Origin: the human T2T-CHM13v2.0 reference genome, Homo sapiens
Assembly: GCF_009914755.1 (NCBI RefSeq)
Contig: NC_060947.1
Reading direction: 5' to 3' (one strand)
Length of the DNA stretch: 64,000 nucleotides
Positions 33,160-46,780 of the stretch are shown piece by piece; within the stretch, counting starts at the first letter, position 1; each line of letters begins with the position of its first letter. Made by a program: the position numbers and the translations under genes. The notes beneath the pieces were generated by a model. That model saw only the letters and a program-made list of their open reading frames with translations. It did not search any database and was not told the origin of the DNA.

Positions 33160-34360
33160 AGTGAACATGGTTTTAAGCTACTAAGTTTATGATAGCATGT
33201 TCAGCAGCACTGGAAAACTAACATGAGGAAGTTAAAAATGTTTTAATTGTATGAGAGCACGACCTTTTAATATTTTCTAACAAAACAGGAAGTACATTTC
33301 AAGCATTTATGTGGCACATGGAAATACAAAAGTTGACATAAAAAAACTGCTTTATGTGATTATTTCCATTCTGAGCAGTATGAGCCATTCCTCTCAAAGA
33401 AGATTTTTTCCTTGAAAAAGTGAATTGAAGAGTAATTAATCAATATTTAAAGATTTTTTAAAACCAACTATGGTTTTGCCAACTTTAATATCTGTTAGAT
33501 GTTTTCTTGAAAATGAATGAGCCTGTCAATTTAAAGAAACCCACTCATGGTATTTGTTGCCAATGATAAGATTTCAAGGAAAAGTTAGAACTTCAAAAAC
33601 ATCTTTTTCTACCACTGTGAGTTTAACAGTTTCCCCAATGCATATTTTTTTCAAATGAGATGGGTGATGATATGAACAAATATGACTTTCAGTTTTACAC
33701 AATGACACATGGCATTACTTGGAAGCTCGAAAAACCTCAAGGCACTAATATTTTCCAAATGACCAACATGCAATGTTACAAAACCATGAATGGGTAAAAG
33801 ATCCATTGAAAGGACAAGACAGTCCCACGGAACCAAGTGTGCAAAGTTCACTGACAGAGTTTCACACTCCACACTACGCTTAACCTGTAAGAAACAACCG
33901 CTTTTGTTGGGGCCAAGTTTTGGTGTCCTATCCGAGAAGATTATCCACAAGGATCTGAAAAGTCTGTGAAAATATTCCTCCCTTTCCCCACTGCCTATGG
34001 GTGTGAGGCCAGATTTCCTTCATATACTTCAACCAAAACAACATCTCACGATGGAATAAAGTGCCTGTGAGAAGCCAGCTGCTTCCATCCAGCCAGACAT
34101 GAGAGAAATCTGCAAAAATGTAACAGCGTGCCGCTCTCCTCAATATAAGTTTTTGTCTTACCAAGCATAGTTATTTCTCATAAAAATGTTATTTATGTTA
34201 AATGTATGGGTTTAGTGTTGTTCATTTTAGATTAATAAAGTCTTTCAGTTTTAAATTCTAAGATGATGAGCATTGGTAAACGTGACCCACATAAACAAAA
34301 ATCTCTTGAGATCTCAATGATTTGGGGAGTCCTGAGACAAAAAAGGTTTGAGAACTACTG
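33160..34360 (+). mobile_element. MLT1 3' end (33160-33223) followed by Charlie1(a) internal and right part
   Basis: ttttaagctactaagtttatg LTR end; Charlie1 motifs ending gtcctgagacaaaaaaggtttgagaactactg. Confidence 0.8.
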
Positions 34361-34491
34361 TTACAGGGTTCTCCAGTGGCTTGAAGTGCCTCCACCTCTG
34401 CCAAGCCCAGACTGACTCTGGCTCTGTGGGATGTTGATGTTGTAATTAATGAGACAGAATCCTGTAGTAGTTTCAACCAGCAAAGACTTAC

Positions 34492-34566
34492 CTCTTCCTC
34501 CTATACCCGGTTTCCTGCGGCCATCATCTTGATCATCCAAAGCATCAGCCAAGTCCAATCCACTAC
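34492..34566 (-). CDS. CD99L2: CD99L2 coding exon 4 (75 nt, phase 1-1): (G)SGLDLADALDDQDDGRRKPGIGGR(E)
   Basis: ctgaag|GTAGTGGATTG...GGAAGAG|gtaagt; carries the CD99-family DLADALDD motif (ORF 34361..34582). Confidence 0.95.
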
Positions 34567-35636
34567 CTTCAGTGGGCCCCAAAACATAAAGGAAACAGCC
34601 AACTGATTAACAACTGGGTATAAGATTCCAAAATAAGCAAAATGCCCATGGGTTCAACTGATCAATACCAACAATGGGTTAAGACAAAGAGACTTATATT
34701 GGAATCCAATTCTGTGTACAGACATTGATAATGAAAATATCTGCAGGATAGAAAAAGTTACTACTTTCTGACTTTGCAGTATACCACCAGTTTTTCAATT
34801 AATTTATATTCCTAGGTATTTTCTGCTTAGGCTAGCAGTCGGACCATTTTAACAGTATACTCACTGACTGTAGGTATTAACCCAAAATTCAAAACCAGGT
34901 ACACAGAGTCCATAAAGAGGACAACCAAAAGGGAGAGGTCATGTGGTCATGAAGCACCCCTTTGAATGTGGAAATGTGAAGAAATGAGGGCAAATCATAA
35001 AGCAGCAGTGACTTTCTTGCATCATCAGTGTCTCTTCGGAAGAAAGGTAGCTCTCTACCGCACAGAACGTATTATCATGCCCCCGACTACTGGTAACAAG
35101 TTGCTGGATGGGAGCAATGACTGGGATCCCAGCCACACCGTCACATTTTTCTTTACATCAGTGAAGATGTCTAAATCGTAAAGTGGCCCATCTGAAGAAA
35201 GGGTCAAGTGACAACAGGAAAGAGTTGTTAAGAAGAACCAAGTCCCAAAATCCTTTACTGAAAGATGACACTGTAAAATAAATGCCATTCCAAAATGTTC
35301 CATCTGCCTAAAGAAAATGCTTGATCGGCTTCATAAAACCTAAACAATTACATTTTCCCTGATTTTAGAAAATGAAACGGCTAAAAAGGGGAAGAAGTCC
35401 AAATGCATTTTCCTCTTGAAATTTTCCCAGGCAGGACTTTTCATAAAACACACAGAAGGCATAGTGATCAGCCAGGTATGCACTCTATTATAAAGTTAAA
35501 CTCAGTGTTCACATGGATGCCTTGATTGTTTCTGCACACATGGGGCTTAAAACTGTAGGTAGTTCACTTGCATGCTACCCCAGAGGGAACTCCAGAGGGC
35601 CCTTCCTCACTGCCCTCCTTAAGGCAGCCACATTAC

Positions 35637-35708
35637 CTGGAGGTTTTGCCGGAGCTCTGGTGGTTCCTGGCCTATTGGTTGTGGTGGTGGTGGTGTGGTC
35701 CCATGGCT
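35637..35708 (-). CDS. CD99L2: CD99L2 coding exon 3 (72 nt, phase 1-1): (Q)PWDHTTTTTTNRPGTTRAPAKPP(G), Thr-rich mucin-like module
   Basis: ccttttag|AGCCATGGGAC...CCTCCAG|gtaatg; in frame with exons 2 and 4. Confidence 0.95.
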
Positions 35709-36205
35709 CTAAAAGGGAGAGGGAGGACAGCAAGGGGAGCACGTTTAGTAACAAAACACAGCAGCTACTTTATGACTTGGGGAAGTCACATTGTGAGTAG
35801 AATATCCTTGTCTTGGTCCTTGAGGCCCCTCTAGCTAGGAGCTCCAGAGAATCACACTGAAAAGGATGACAAAATGATATAGGTTTAAATGAGAAGAGTT
35901 CTGCTCACTTTTCTTTGGAGGCTGAGGGTGGTGAGGTGGACATGGTCTCACATGTGACCTGGTGATTAGTGAACCTGGGCTTGCACCCAGATCTGCTGGA
36001 GATGGCACGTGGTCCAGGGAGTTCCACAGCCTGAGCATGATCCTTGAGGGCTCCAAGCCTTGGTTCCACAACTATCAACCTGGCACTTTAAACATAGATA
36101 ATCCTGCTCAGGGATAGACTGAGGTTACATTCCTAGTGGAATATGGGAGTATTTCATAAACTGAAAGTGGTTACAAGACATGCACACAATATTTTATATA
36201 AGTGT

Positions 36206-37045
36206 AGAACACTTTTACACCATTGGTGGGACTGTAAACTAGTTCAACCCTTGTGGAAGTCAGTGTGGCGATTCCTCAGGGATCTAGAACTAGAAATACC
36301 ATTTGACCCAGCCATCCCATTACTGGGTATATACCCAAAGGACTATAAATCATGCTGCTATAAAGACACATGCACACGTATGTTTATTGCGGCACTATTC
36401 ACAATAGCAAAGACTTGGAACCAACCCAAATGTCCAACAATGATAGACTGGAATAAGAAAATGTGGCACATATACACCATGGAATACTATACAGCCATAG
36501 AAAAGGGTGAGTTCATGTCCTCTGTAGGGACATGGATGAAATTGGAAACCATCATCCTCAGTAAACTATCGCAAGAACAAAAAACCAAACACCGCATATT
36601 CTCACTCATAGGTGGGAATTGAACAATGAGAACACATGGACACAGGAAGGGGAACATCACACTCTGGGGACTGTTGTGGGGTGGGGGGAGGGGGGAGGGA
36701 TAGCTTTAGGAGATATACCTAATGCTAAATGACGAGTTAATGGGTGCAGCACACCAGCATGGCACATGTATACATATGTAACTAACCTGCACATTGTGCA
36801 CATGTACCCTAAAACTTAAAGTATAATAATAATAAAATAAAAATAAAAAAATAAATAAATAAAAAAATAAAAATAAAAGTGGTGACCCCAAGAGGCTTGC
36901 AGCACACTTCTGGGTCCCTTAAGTTGTATTATATAAGTAATTTAATAAAGACAATGAGCTAATTGACGATTTAAAAAAAATTATCCACATAAAGTTAACA
37001 TATTAAGATCCTCAAAAGCAAATAACAATTAGCAAATAAAAAAAA
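36206..37045 (+). mobile_element. Young 5'-truncated L1 (L1PA2/L1PA3-like, 36206-36878) plus ~165-bp 3' transduction
   Basis: Intact ORF2 C-terminus (ORF 36143..36622); 3'UTR gctaaatgacgagttaatggg; TSD ATAAGTGT at 36198-36205 and 37046-37053. Confidence 0.9.
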
Positions 37046-37334
37046 ATAAGTGTGGTTACTACTGGAAATATTAGGTCTTTTGAGCTCAACCACATTCCTT
37101 AAAAATTGTAGATAACTTTCACAAGAATTATACAATGTGCATGAAGTTTTTCCAATAGTTTCTTTTCATAAACATCAAGACTATGTTGCACATATTCTCA
37201 CTATTGAAAATATCAGAGAAAAAGATTTAAGGAATGGGAAAGGCAAAGGTGAAACAGGTTTAGCTTTGAATACAGCGAGTACCCAATAATTATTGACTAT
37301 TCAGAAAACAAACAGCAAAAATAGAAATAAGTTG

Positions 37335-37500
37335 AGGTCAGGTGTAGTGTCATGTGCCTGTAGTCCTAGCTACTTGGGAATATCAGGGAGGAGAATTGCT
37401 TAAGCCCATAAGTTTGAGGCTATAATGCACTATGATCATGCCTGTGAATAGCCACTGCACTCCAGCCTGGGCAACAAAGCAAGACCCCATCTCTAAAAAA
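37335..37500 (+). mobile_element. FRAM / Alu right monomer
   Basis: ggtcaggtgtagtg...gcaagaccccatctctaaaaaa; TSD ataagttga. Confidence 0.85.
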
Positions 37501-40500
37501 CATAAGTTGAAAGTAAAAGAATGGAAGAAGATATACTATGCAAACAACAACCATAAGAGAGCTGGAGCAGCTATACTAATATCAGATAAGATTTACATTA
37601 TAACAAAAATTGTTAATGGAGTCAAAGAGTGACAATTTATAATTATTTATAATGATGAAAGGATCAATCCAAGAGGAAGACATAATAATTTTAAATATAT
37701 ATGCACCTAACAACACAGCCCCAAAATACATGAAGCAAAAAATTGCAAAATTGAAGAGAACAGATGATTTAACAAAAATAGTTGGAAATTTCAATATCTT
37801 CTTTTCAATCACAGAAGAAACAAGTAGGCAGATATATATATATATATATATATATGACTTGAACAACTTTATAAACCAACTAGACCTAACAGACACCTAT
37901 AGAACATACCACCCAATAGCAAAATACACATTCTACTCAAGTGCATGTGAAACATTCTTCAAGGTAGACCATATGTAGGTTACAAAATAAATCTCAATAA
38001 ACTTAAAAAGACTGAAGCCATACAAATTATGCTCTTCAGCACAAACAAATTATGTTCTTCAGCACAACAGAATGAAAGTAGAGATCAGTTTCAGAAGGGT
38101 ATTTGGAAAATTCACAATTATACGGAATTAAAGAGCACACTCCTAAACAACCAATAGGTCAAAAAAAACCACAAGGGAAATTATGAAATACTTTGAGATC
38201 AATGAAAATGAAAACACAACATACCAAAACTTATGTGTTACACTGAAAGCAGTGCTTAGAGGGAAATTTATAGCTGTAAATGCCTACATTAAAAAAAGAG
38301 AAAGATCTCAAATCGATAACCTAAACTTTCACTTTAATAAACTAGAAAAAGAAGGCTTTGCAGACACTGCCATCGTCAACCCCGGTCCAGTCCACTGTGT
38401 TCTTTGACACCGTCGCTGTCTAAGGTGAGTCCTTGGGCCAGGTCTCCTTCAAACTGTTTGCAGACAAGTTCCAAAGACAGCAGGAAACTTTTATGCTCTG
38501 AGCACTGGAGAGAAAGGATTTGGTTATAAGGGTTCTTACTTTCCTAGAATTATTCCAGGGTTTATGTGCTAGGGTGGGGACTTCACATGCCATAATAGTA
38601 ATGGTGGCAAATCTAACTACCAGGAGAAACTTGATGATGAGAACTTCAACCTGAAGCATACAAGTCCTGGCATCTTGCCCACAGCAAATGGTAGACCGAA
38701 TACAAATGGTTCCCAGTTTTTCATCTCCACTGCCAAGACTGAGTGGTTGAATGGCAGGTATGTGGTCTTTGGCAAGGTCAAAGAGGCCATGAATGCCACA
38801 GAAGCCATGGAGCACTTTGGGTCCAGGAATGGCAAGACCAGCAAGAAGATCACCATTGCCAAATATGGACAACTCTAATAAATTTGACCTGTTTTATCTT
38901 AACCACCAGACTATTTCCTCTGTAGCTCAAGAGAGCACCCCTCAATTCCATTTGCTCTCAATATCCTATAATCTTTGTGCACTCACTGAAGCTCTTTGGG
39001 TTCCATATTTTCCTTATTCCCTTCCATGTCTAGCTGGATTGCAGAGTTAAGTTCATTATTATAAAATAAAACCTACATAACAATTTTAAAGAGTAACTAG
39101 AAAAAGAAGAGCAAACTAAACCTAAAGCAGGCAGAGGAAGAAAACACCAAAGATTATAGCGGAAATAAAATGAAAGAGAGAAGAGAAAAATAAAGAACAA
39201 AAGAGGAAAGATCTCTTAAGATCAACAAAATTGATAAACTGTAGAAGACTTACCAAGATAAAGAGAGAGAAGACCCAAATCGCTAATTTCAGGAATGAGA
39301 GGACATTACTACCAACCTTAGAGAAATAAAAAATTATAAAGGAATATCTTGAACAATTATAATCCAAATAAATTCAATAACCTAGATGAAACAGATAACT
39401 TCCTATTAAAACACAACTACCTAAACTGACTTGAGAAGAAATAGAAAATCTGACTAGACTTATAGCAAGAGATTGAGTCAGTAACCAAAAACTTCCCACA
39501 AATAAAATTCTGGAACCAGAAGTCTTAATTGCTGAATTCTACCAAACATTTAAAAAAGAACCAACACCAATTAATCTCAAACTCTTCAAATAAGTAAATA
39601 AACAAACAAACCAAGAGAAGAGAACACTTCCTAACTCATTCTATCAGGCCAGTAGTATGTTAATACCGAAGTCAGACAAATACACATAAAAACTACAGAA
39701 TACAGTTATGAATATAGGGGCAAAAATCCTCTTATGAATGTAGAGGCAAAAATCCTCAATAAAATACTAGCAAACCAAATCCAGCACCATATTAGGACTG
39801 ACCATGACCAAGAGGGGTTTATCTCAGGAATGTAAGAGTAGTTCAACACAGTAAAATCAATCAATGTACTATCCCATATTAATAGAATGGAAGGAGAAAA
39901 AAAAAAAAAAGATTACCTCCATAGATGCAGAAAAGGCATTTAACGAAAGTCAACCACCATTTCATGATAAAAACACTCAATGAATTAGGAATAGAAGAGA
40001 ATTTCCCATTTTGTTCTGCTTACTTCATCAGAGTCTACTCTCTATGTGCTTTTTAATGATAATTAGGCTTACTCTATTGGATTTTTAAAAGCATTTAGAT
40101 GGTTTATTTTGGCCTCATCTGTTAACTTCCTAGAAATAAAAGAGAATTTCCTCAACCTGATAAAGGGCATCTGTGAAAAATCTGCAATTGACAGCATACT
40201 TACAGGTGAAAGACTAAAAGCTTTTTTCCTAGAATCAGCAACAAGACAAGGATGTCCACTCTTACCACTCTTATTCAACATTGTAATGGAAGTTCTAACT
40301 AGAGCAATTAGTCAAGAAAAAGAAAGAAACTCTTTGAGATTAGAAAGGAAGAAGTTCAACTATCTCTATTCACAGATGCTATGATTTTATATATAGAAAA
40401 CCCTAAAGAATCCACATCAATAAAAAAAACTATTAAAACTAATGAGTTCAGCAAAGTTGCAAGATATAAGATCAACATGAAAATCAGCTGTATTTCTATA

Positions 40501-42460
40501 CACTAGCAATGATCAATACAAGGAGCAAAAGAAGAAAATAATTTCATTTATAATAGCAATAAAAAGAATAAAACTGTTAGAAATAAATTTAACCAAGGAA
40601 GTATAAAGACATGTACACTAAAAGTTACAACACACTGTTAAAAAATTAAAGACCTAAATTAATGGAATGAAATCCTACGTCCATAGATTACAAGACTCAA
40701 TACTGTTAAAATGGCAATATTTCCCAAATTAATCTGCAGATCCTGTGCAATCCCCATCAAAATACCAACTGCCTTTTGTGCAGAAATGGACAAGCTAATC
40801 CTAATATCCACATGGAATTGCATGGGACCCTAAATAGCCAAATCGATCTTTAAAAAAAGAGCAAAATAGCAGTCACACCTCTCAATTTCAAAACTTACTA
40901 CAAAGCTACAGTAACCAAAATAGTGTGGAACTAGCTTAAGAATACACATATAGATCAATGTTATAGGATTGAGAGTCTAGAAGTAAACCTTCATATTTAT
41001 GGTCAATTGATTTTCAACAGGATGCCAACACCATTCAATGGAGAAAGGACAGTCTTCTCAACAAATGGTGCTCAGACAGCTGGATAACCATATGTTAACA
41101 AAACTGGACCACTACTTCTCACCATATACAAAAATTAACTCAAATGGACCAAACATCTAAATATATGAACTAAAACCACTCTTAGAAGAAAACATATGGG
41201 TAAATCCTCATGACCTTTGATTTGGCAATGGATACTTAGCAATGACATGCAAAGCATGGGCAACAAAAGAAAAAACACATAAATTACACATTAATCAAAA
41301 TTTAAAATTTTTGTGCATCTAAGGACATTATCAAGAAAGTGAAAAGACAATCTACAAAATAGGAGAAAATTTGCAAATCATACATATGATAAATGTATAA
41401 AGAGATCATTAGTCATTAGTCTTTAGGGAAACGCAAATGAAAACCACAGTGAGGTCCCACCTCACAGACACTAGGATGGCTTTCATTTAAAAAAAATAAA
41501 TAAACAAGTTGGCAAGGATGCAGATAAATTGGAACCCTCATACATTACTGATGGGAATGTAAAATGCTTCAGCCACTGTGGAAAACAATTTGGCAATTCC
41601 TCAAAAAGTTAAACAGAATGACCATAGTAACCAGAAATTCTACTCCTAGGTATATATCGAAAAGAATTTAAAACAGGTATTCAAATAAGTACGTGTATAT
41701 AGCATGTTCATAGTAACATTATTCATAAGCTAAGAGGTGGAAACAACCAAATGTCCATCAACTGATGAGTGGATAAACAAAATTGTGGTATGTCTACACA
41801 ATGGAGTATTACTTAGCCATAAAAAGGAATGAAGTACTTATACATGCTACAACATGGAAGTGCCTCCAAAACATTATGCTACACAAAAGAAGCCAGGCAC
41901 AAAAGGCTACATGCTGTCCAGTTCCATTTATATAAAATATCCAGGATAAATTCACAGATACAGAAAGTAGGTTGGTGGTTATTTGGGGTTGGGAGGATAA
42001 AAGAATAGAGAGAAACTGCTTGATAGGTAAGGGATTTTTGCTGTGAAGTGATGGAAATGTTTTGGAACTGGATAAAGGAGGTGGTTGTACAACATTAAGA
42101 ATATCCTAAAATGCCACTTAATTGCTCACTTTTAAATGAAGGGTAAAAGATACAAAGTAGCAGATATGTAAGATGAACAAGTCTAGTGATCTAATGTAAA
42201 ACATGAGGACTATAGCTAATAACATTGTACTGTATTCGGAATTTTTGCTAAATGAAATATTGCTCTTCTTGTCCAACAAAAAAAATGGGTAATTATGTGA
42301 AATGATGGATATATTAACTTGCTTCACTAGAGTAACTATTTACCAAGTTGTATATGTGTCTCATAATATCATGTTATATACCTCAAATATACACAATAAA
42401 TTTTAAAAATAAAATGGTTAATTTTACATTGTATGATTTTACCTCAATAAATTATTTTTT
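37501..42460 (+). mobile_element. Old L1 (L1MB-like) covering most of ORF2 and 3'UTR; hosts the PPIA pseudogene and an L1MA 3' fragment (~42140-42410)
   Basis: Degraded ORF2 translations (ORFs 37652..37978, 38183..38407, 40109..40384 with RQGCPL motif). Confidence 0.9.
38355..39094 (+). pseudogene. Processed pseudogene of PPIA (cyclophilin A), inserted into an old L1
   Basis: Intronless cyclophilin sequence ([32 protein letters not shown]...[13 protein letters not shown]); start codon degraded to ATC at 38372; frameshifts and stops; 3'UTR with AATAAA near 39065; 15-nt TSD AACTAGAAAAAGAAG at 38340-38354 and 39095-39109. Confidence 0.95.
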
Positions 42461-42474
42461 TAAAGAAGGATGTC

Positions 42475-42842
42475 TGATATGGTTTGGCTGTGTTCTCTCC
42501 CAAATCTCATCTTGAATTGTAGTTCTCATAATCCCCACGTGTCATGGGAGGGACCCAGTGGGAGGTAATTGAATCATGGGGGAGGTTACCCTCATGCTGT
42601 TCTTGTGATAGTGAGTTCTCACAAGATTGGATGGTTTTATAAGGAGCTTTTCTCCCCCTTCACTCTGCACTTCTTCTTGCTGCTTCCATATGAAGGACAT
42701 GTTTGCTTCTCCTTCGACCATGATTGTAAGTTTCCTGAGGCCTCCACAGCCATGCTGAACTATGAGTCAATTAACTCTCTCCTTTATAAATTACCCAGTT
42801 TCAGGTATGTCTTTATTAGCAGCATGAGAATGGACTAACACA
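42475..42842 (-). mobile_element. THE1 LTR
   Basis: tgatatggtttggctgtg...ccatgattgtaagtttcctgaggcctcc...atggactaacaca. Confidence 0.9.
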
Positions 42843-42843
42843 A

Positions 42844-44452
<1,609 letters not shown>

Positions 44453-45572
44453 AGGGGGTTGTTGCAGTTAGCTGTTTTAGTAAAAACTGTATTTGGAAGT
44501 TGAGAATATGGGAAGTCTTTCCCTTAAAATGATAATGTTTGCACACTACTCCTTAGGAAGATTTTGGGTACCCTAACTCATACCTCACTGTGAAGACCAC
44601 ACACCCCAGTGAATGGATATTTATGGTAAGAGAACCACATGTGATAACCTGTAGTCATTATGCATGCGTATCTATGTATATATTTAATCTATCTCATCAT
44701 CAGTTTAGAGATAATTTTGTCTCTAATTTCCATTTGACTTTGTACCAGTAAAATGCAAGAGTATAACTTGTCTAAATGAGTTTGTTTATGTATAATTATA
44801 TTATGATATAGATAGGTAAAAAAGAGAAATTACTGAAACCATTATTTGAGCAAGTTCCAGAAAAGCAATTGCCACTTATGTAAATATTAGCTTAAAATTT
44901 GCATGACTCAAACAACTCTTGTGTAAAAGTATTTGTTTATCTGTCTTAAAGAAAATTAACTGACCATAAATATAAAGGTTTATTTTCAGACTCTCAATTC
45001 TATTCCATTGACCTATGCGATGCCAGTACCACACAGTCTTAATTACGGTACCACATAGTTCCACACAGTCTTGATTACTTGTGCAGTTCTGCCCTGCAAT
45101 TCCAGTTCTGGAAACGTCTCGTTTCTCTGAAGATCTGCAGGTGCCATTCAAGAGACAGCAGTCCCTACATGCATGTGGAATCAGTTGTTGTGTCAGAGCC
45201 CAAGCTTGTATTGATGTAGAACAAGAGCTTCAATTTATGCACATTTTTAGAAACTATTAACTACAGATTTTTGTGTTGTAAGTCTTTAAATGGGATTTCT
45301 TATTCGTAATTGAGATGAGAAGAGTCTACTTATCAAGGACTAAGAATAGTAGGTCAACTTCATCAAAACACTTAGCTCCTAAAATAAAGAGACCCATTTC
45401 TGTGAAGCCTTTCTCAAAATGACAAACTCAGAAAAAATTCTTAGCTGCTCAGCAAATGCTTCCAGCAATATGGCACTCTGACCAGGAGTGATTCTCTGTA
45501 ATATCGTGCTGTACCGAAACAGTAAAAACAGGGTGGGTTCCCCCAGGTGTGGCTTAATAATGGTAACTGCTT

Positions 45573-45940
45573 GGTCTGAATGTATATGTCCCCCGCACCC
45601 AGCCCCAAATTCATGTTGAAACTTAACCCCCATACTGATGGTATTCAAAGGTGAGGACTTTGGGGAGGTGATTAGGTCACAAAGGGCACCGTTCTCACAA
45701 ATGGGATTAGTGCCCTGATAAAAGAGGCTTGAGGCAGCCCTTTTGCCCCTTCTGCCATGTGAGAACACAGCTAGAAGGCACCATTTATGAAGCACAGAGC
45801 AGCCCTCACCAGACACTGAATATGCCAGCACCTTGATCTTGGACTTCCCAGCCTCCAGAGCTGTGAGCAATATATTTCTGTTATTTATAAAGTATCTAGT
45901 CAAAGGCATTTTGTTATGGCAGCACAAATGGACTAATACA
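45573..45940 (+). mobile_element. MaLR LTR (MLT1A/MST type)
   Basis: ggtctgaatgtatatgtcccc...ttggacttcccagcctccagagctgtgag...atggactaataca. Confidence 0.85.
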
Positions 45941-46079
45941 GGGCCCATGGTATTCCCAGGGAATGGGGACATTCATAAGAAGCTTTATTTGGCAGAATCA
46001 GAAGTGTGTTCCCCCATGAGATGATTACACACACAGAGAGAAAGGAAGAGATGGTGAGAGTGGTGGAGGACTCTGAAAG

Positions 46080-46780
46080 CAACATGGATGAGCCTTGAAA
46101 ACATTACACTAAGTGAAAGCAGCCAAACATAAAGTCCACATATTGAATGATTCCATTGATATGAAATATTCAGAATAGGGAAGTCCATGGAGACAGAAAG
46201 AGATTAGTGGTTGCTTGGGGGTGAGGGGTGGAAACAAGAAGAATTGGGGGATTGGGAAGTGATAGGTAAAGGATACAATGTTTCTTTTTGAAGTAATAAA
46301 AGTGTTCTAAAACAGACTGTAGTGATGGTTGTGCAACCTTGTGAATATACTAGTAAGATCCTGTGTGATCTGTCCCCTGACAACTTCTCTGTCTTTTCTC
46401 CAACATTCTCCAAACTCCAGCCACACAGGCTGCCTTCCGGGCCACAGAGTAAGCCTGGCTCTTCTCTGCCTCAGAACTCTTACAGCTGATCTCTTGGCCT
46501 CGAAGTCTCCTTCCTCACTTCCTTGCACATTACCTCTCCTCAGAGATGCCTTCACCACTTAATTTTAAAGTAGCTGCCCCTAATCTTGGGCGCTTGCTAT
46601 CCCATCACCCCCTTGAATTTGGTTGAGAGTACTCAGCAATATCTGAAAATATTTTAGGTACTGTATGTCTCCTTCCAGAGAAAACAATTCATAAGGGCAG
46701 TGACCTCTTCCACATTGTTAGGCCTAGCACCTAGCAGCAAGCCGGCACTCAAAAAACATTGGTGAATAAATAAATAAAGG
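46080..46780. mobile_element. L1MB 3' end (+, to ~46355) followed by an L2 fragment
   Basis: caacatggatgagccttgaaaacattacactaagtg; L2 tail cactcaaaaaacattggtgaataaataaat. Confidence 0.7.

Larger units (their letters stand above)
33786..37225. repeat. Intragenic duplication, copy carrying exons 4/3 (with extra ~940-bp intron segment and a young L1 insertion)
   Basis: Direct paralog of 14140-15780; offset 19641 bp in the identical core. Confidence 0.95.

Noticed and set aside
36143-36622. 159-aa ORF with intact L1 ORF2 C-terminus
   Set aside because: 5'-truncated L1 with no promoter, EN or RT; not autonomous
38420-38878. ORFs in the PPIA retrocopy as a functional retrogene or a CD99L2-cyclophilin fusion
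   Set aside because: Start codon lost, frameshifts and stops present, and antisense to the host transcript
45379-45972. 197-aa minus-strand ORF
   Set aside because: Largely MaLR LTR sequence; no recognisable domain or exon signals
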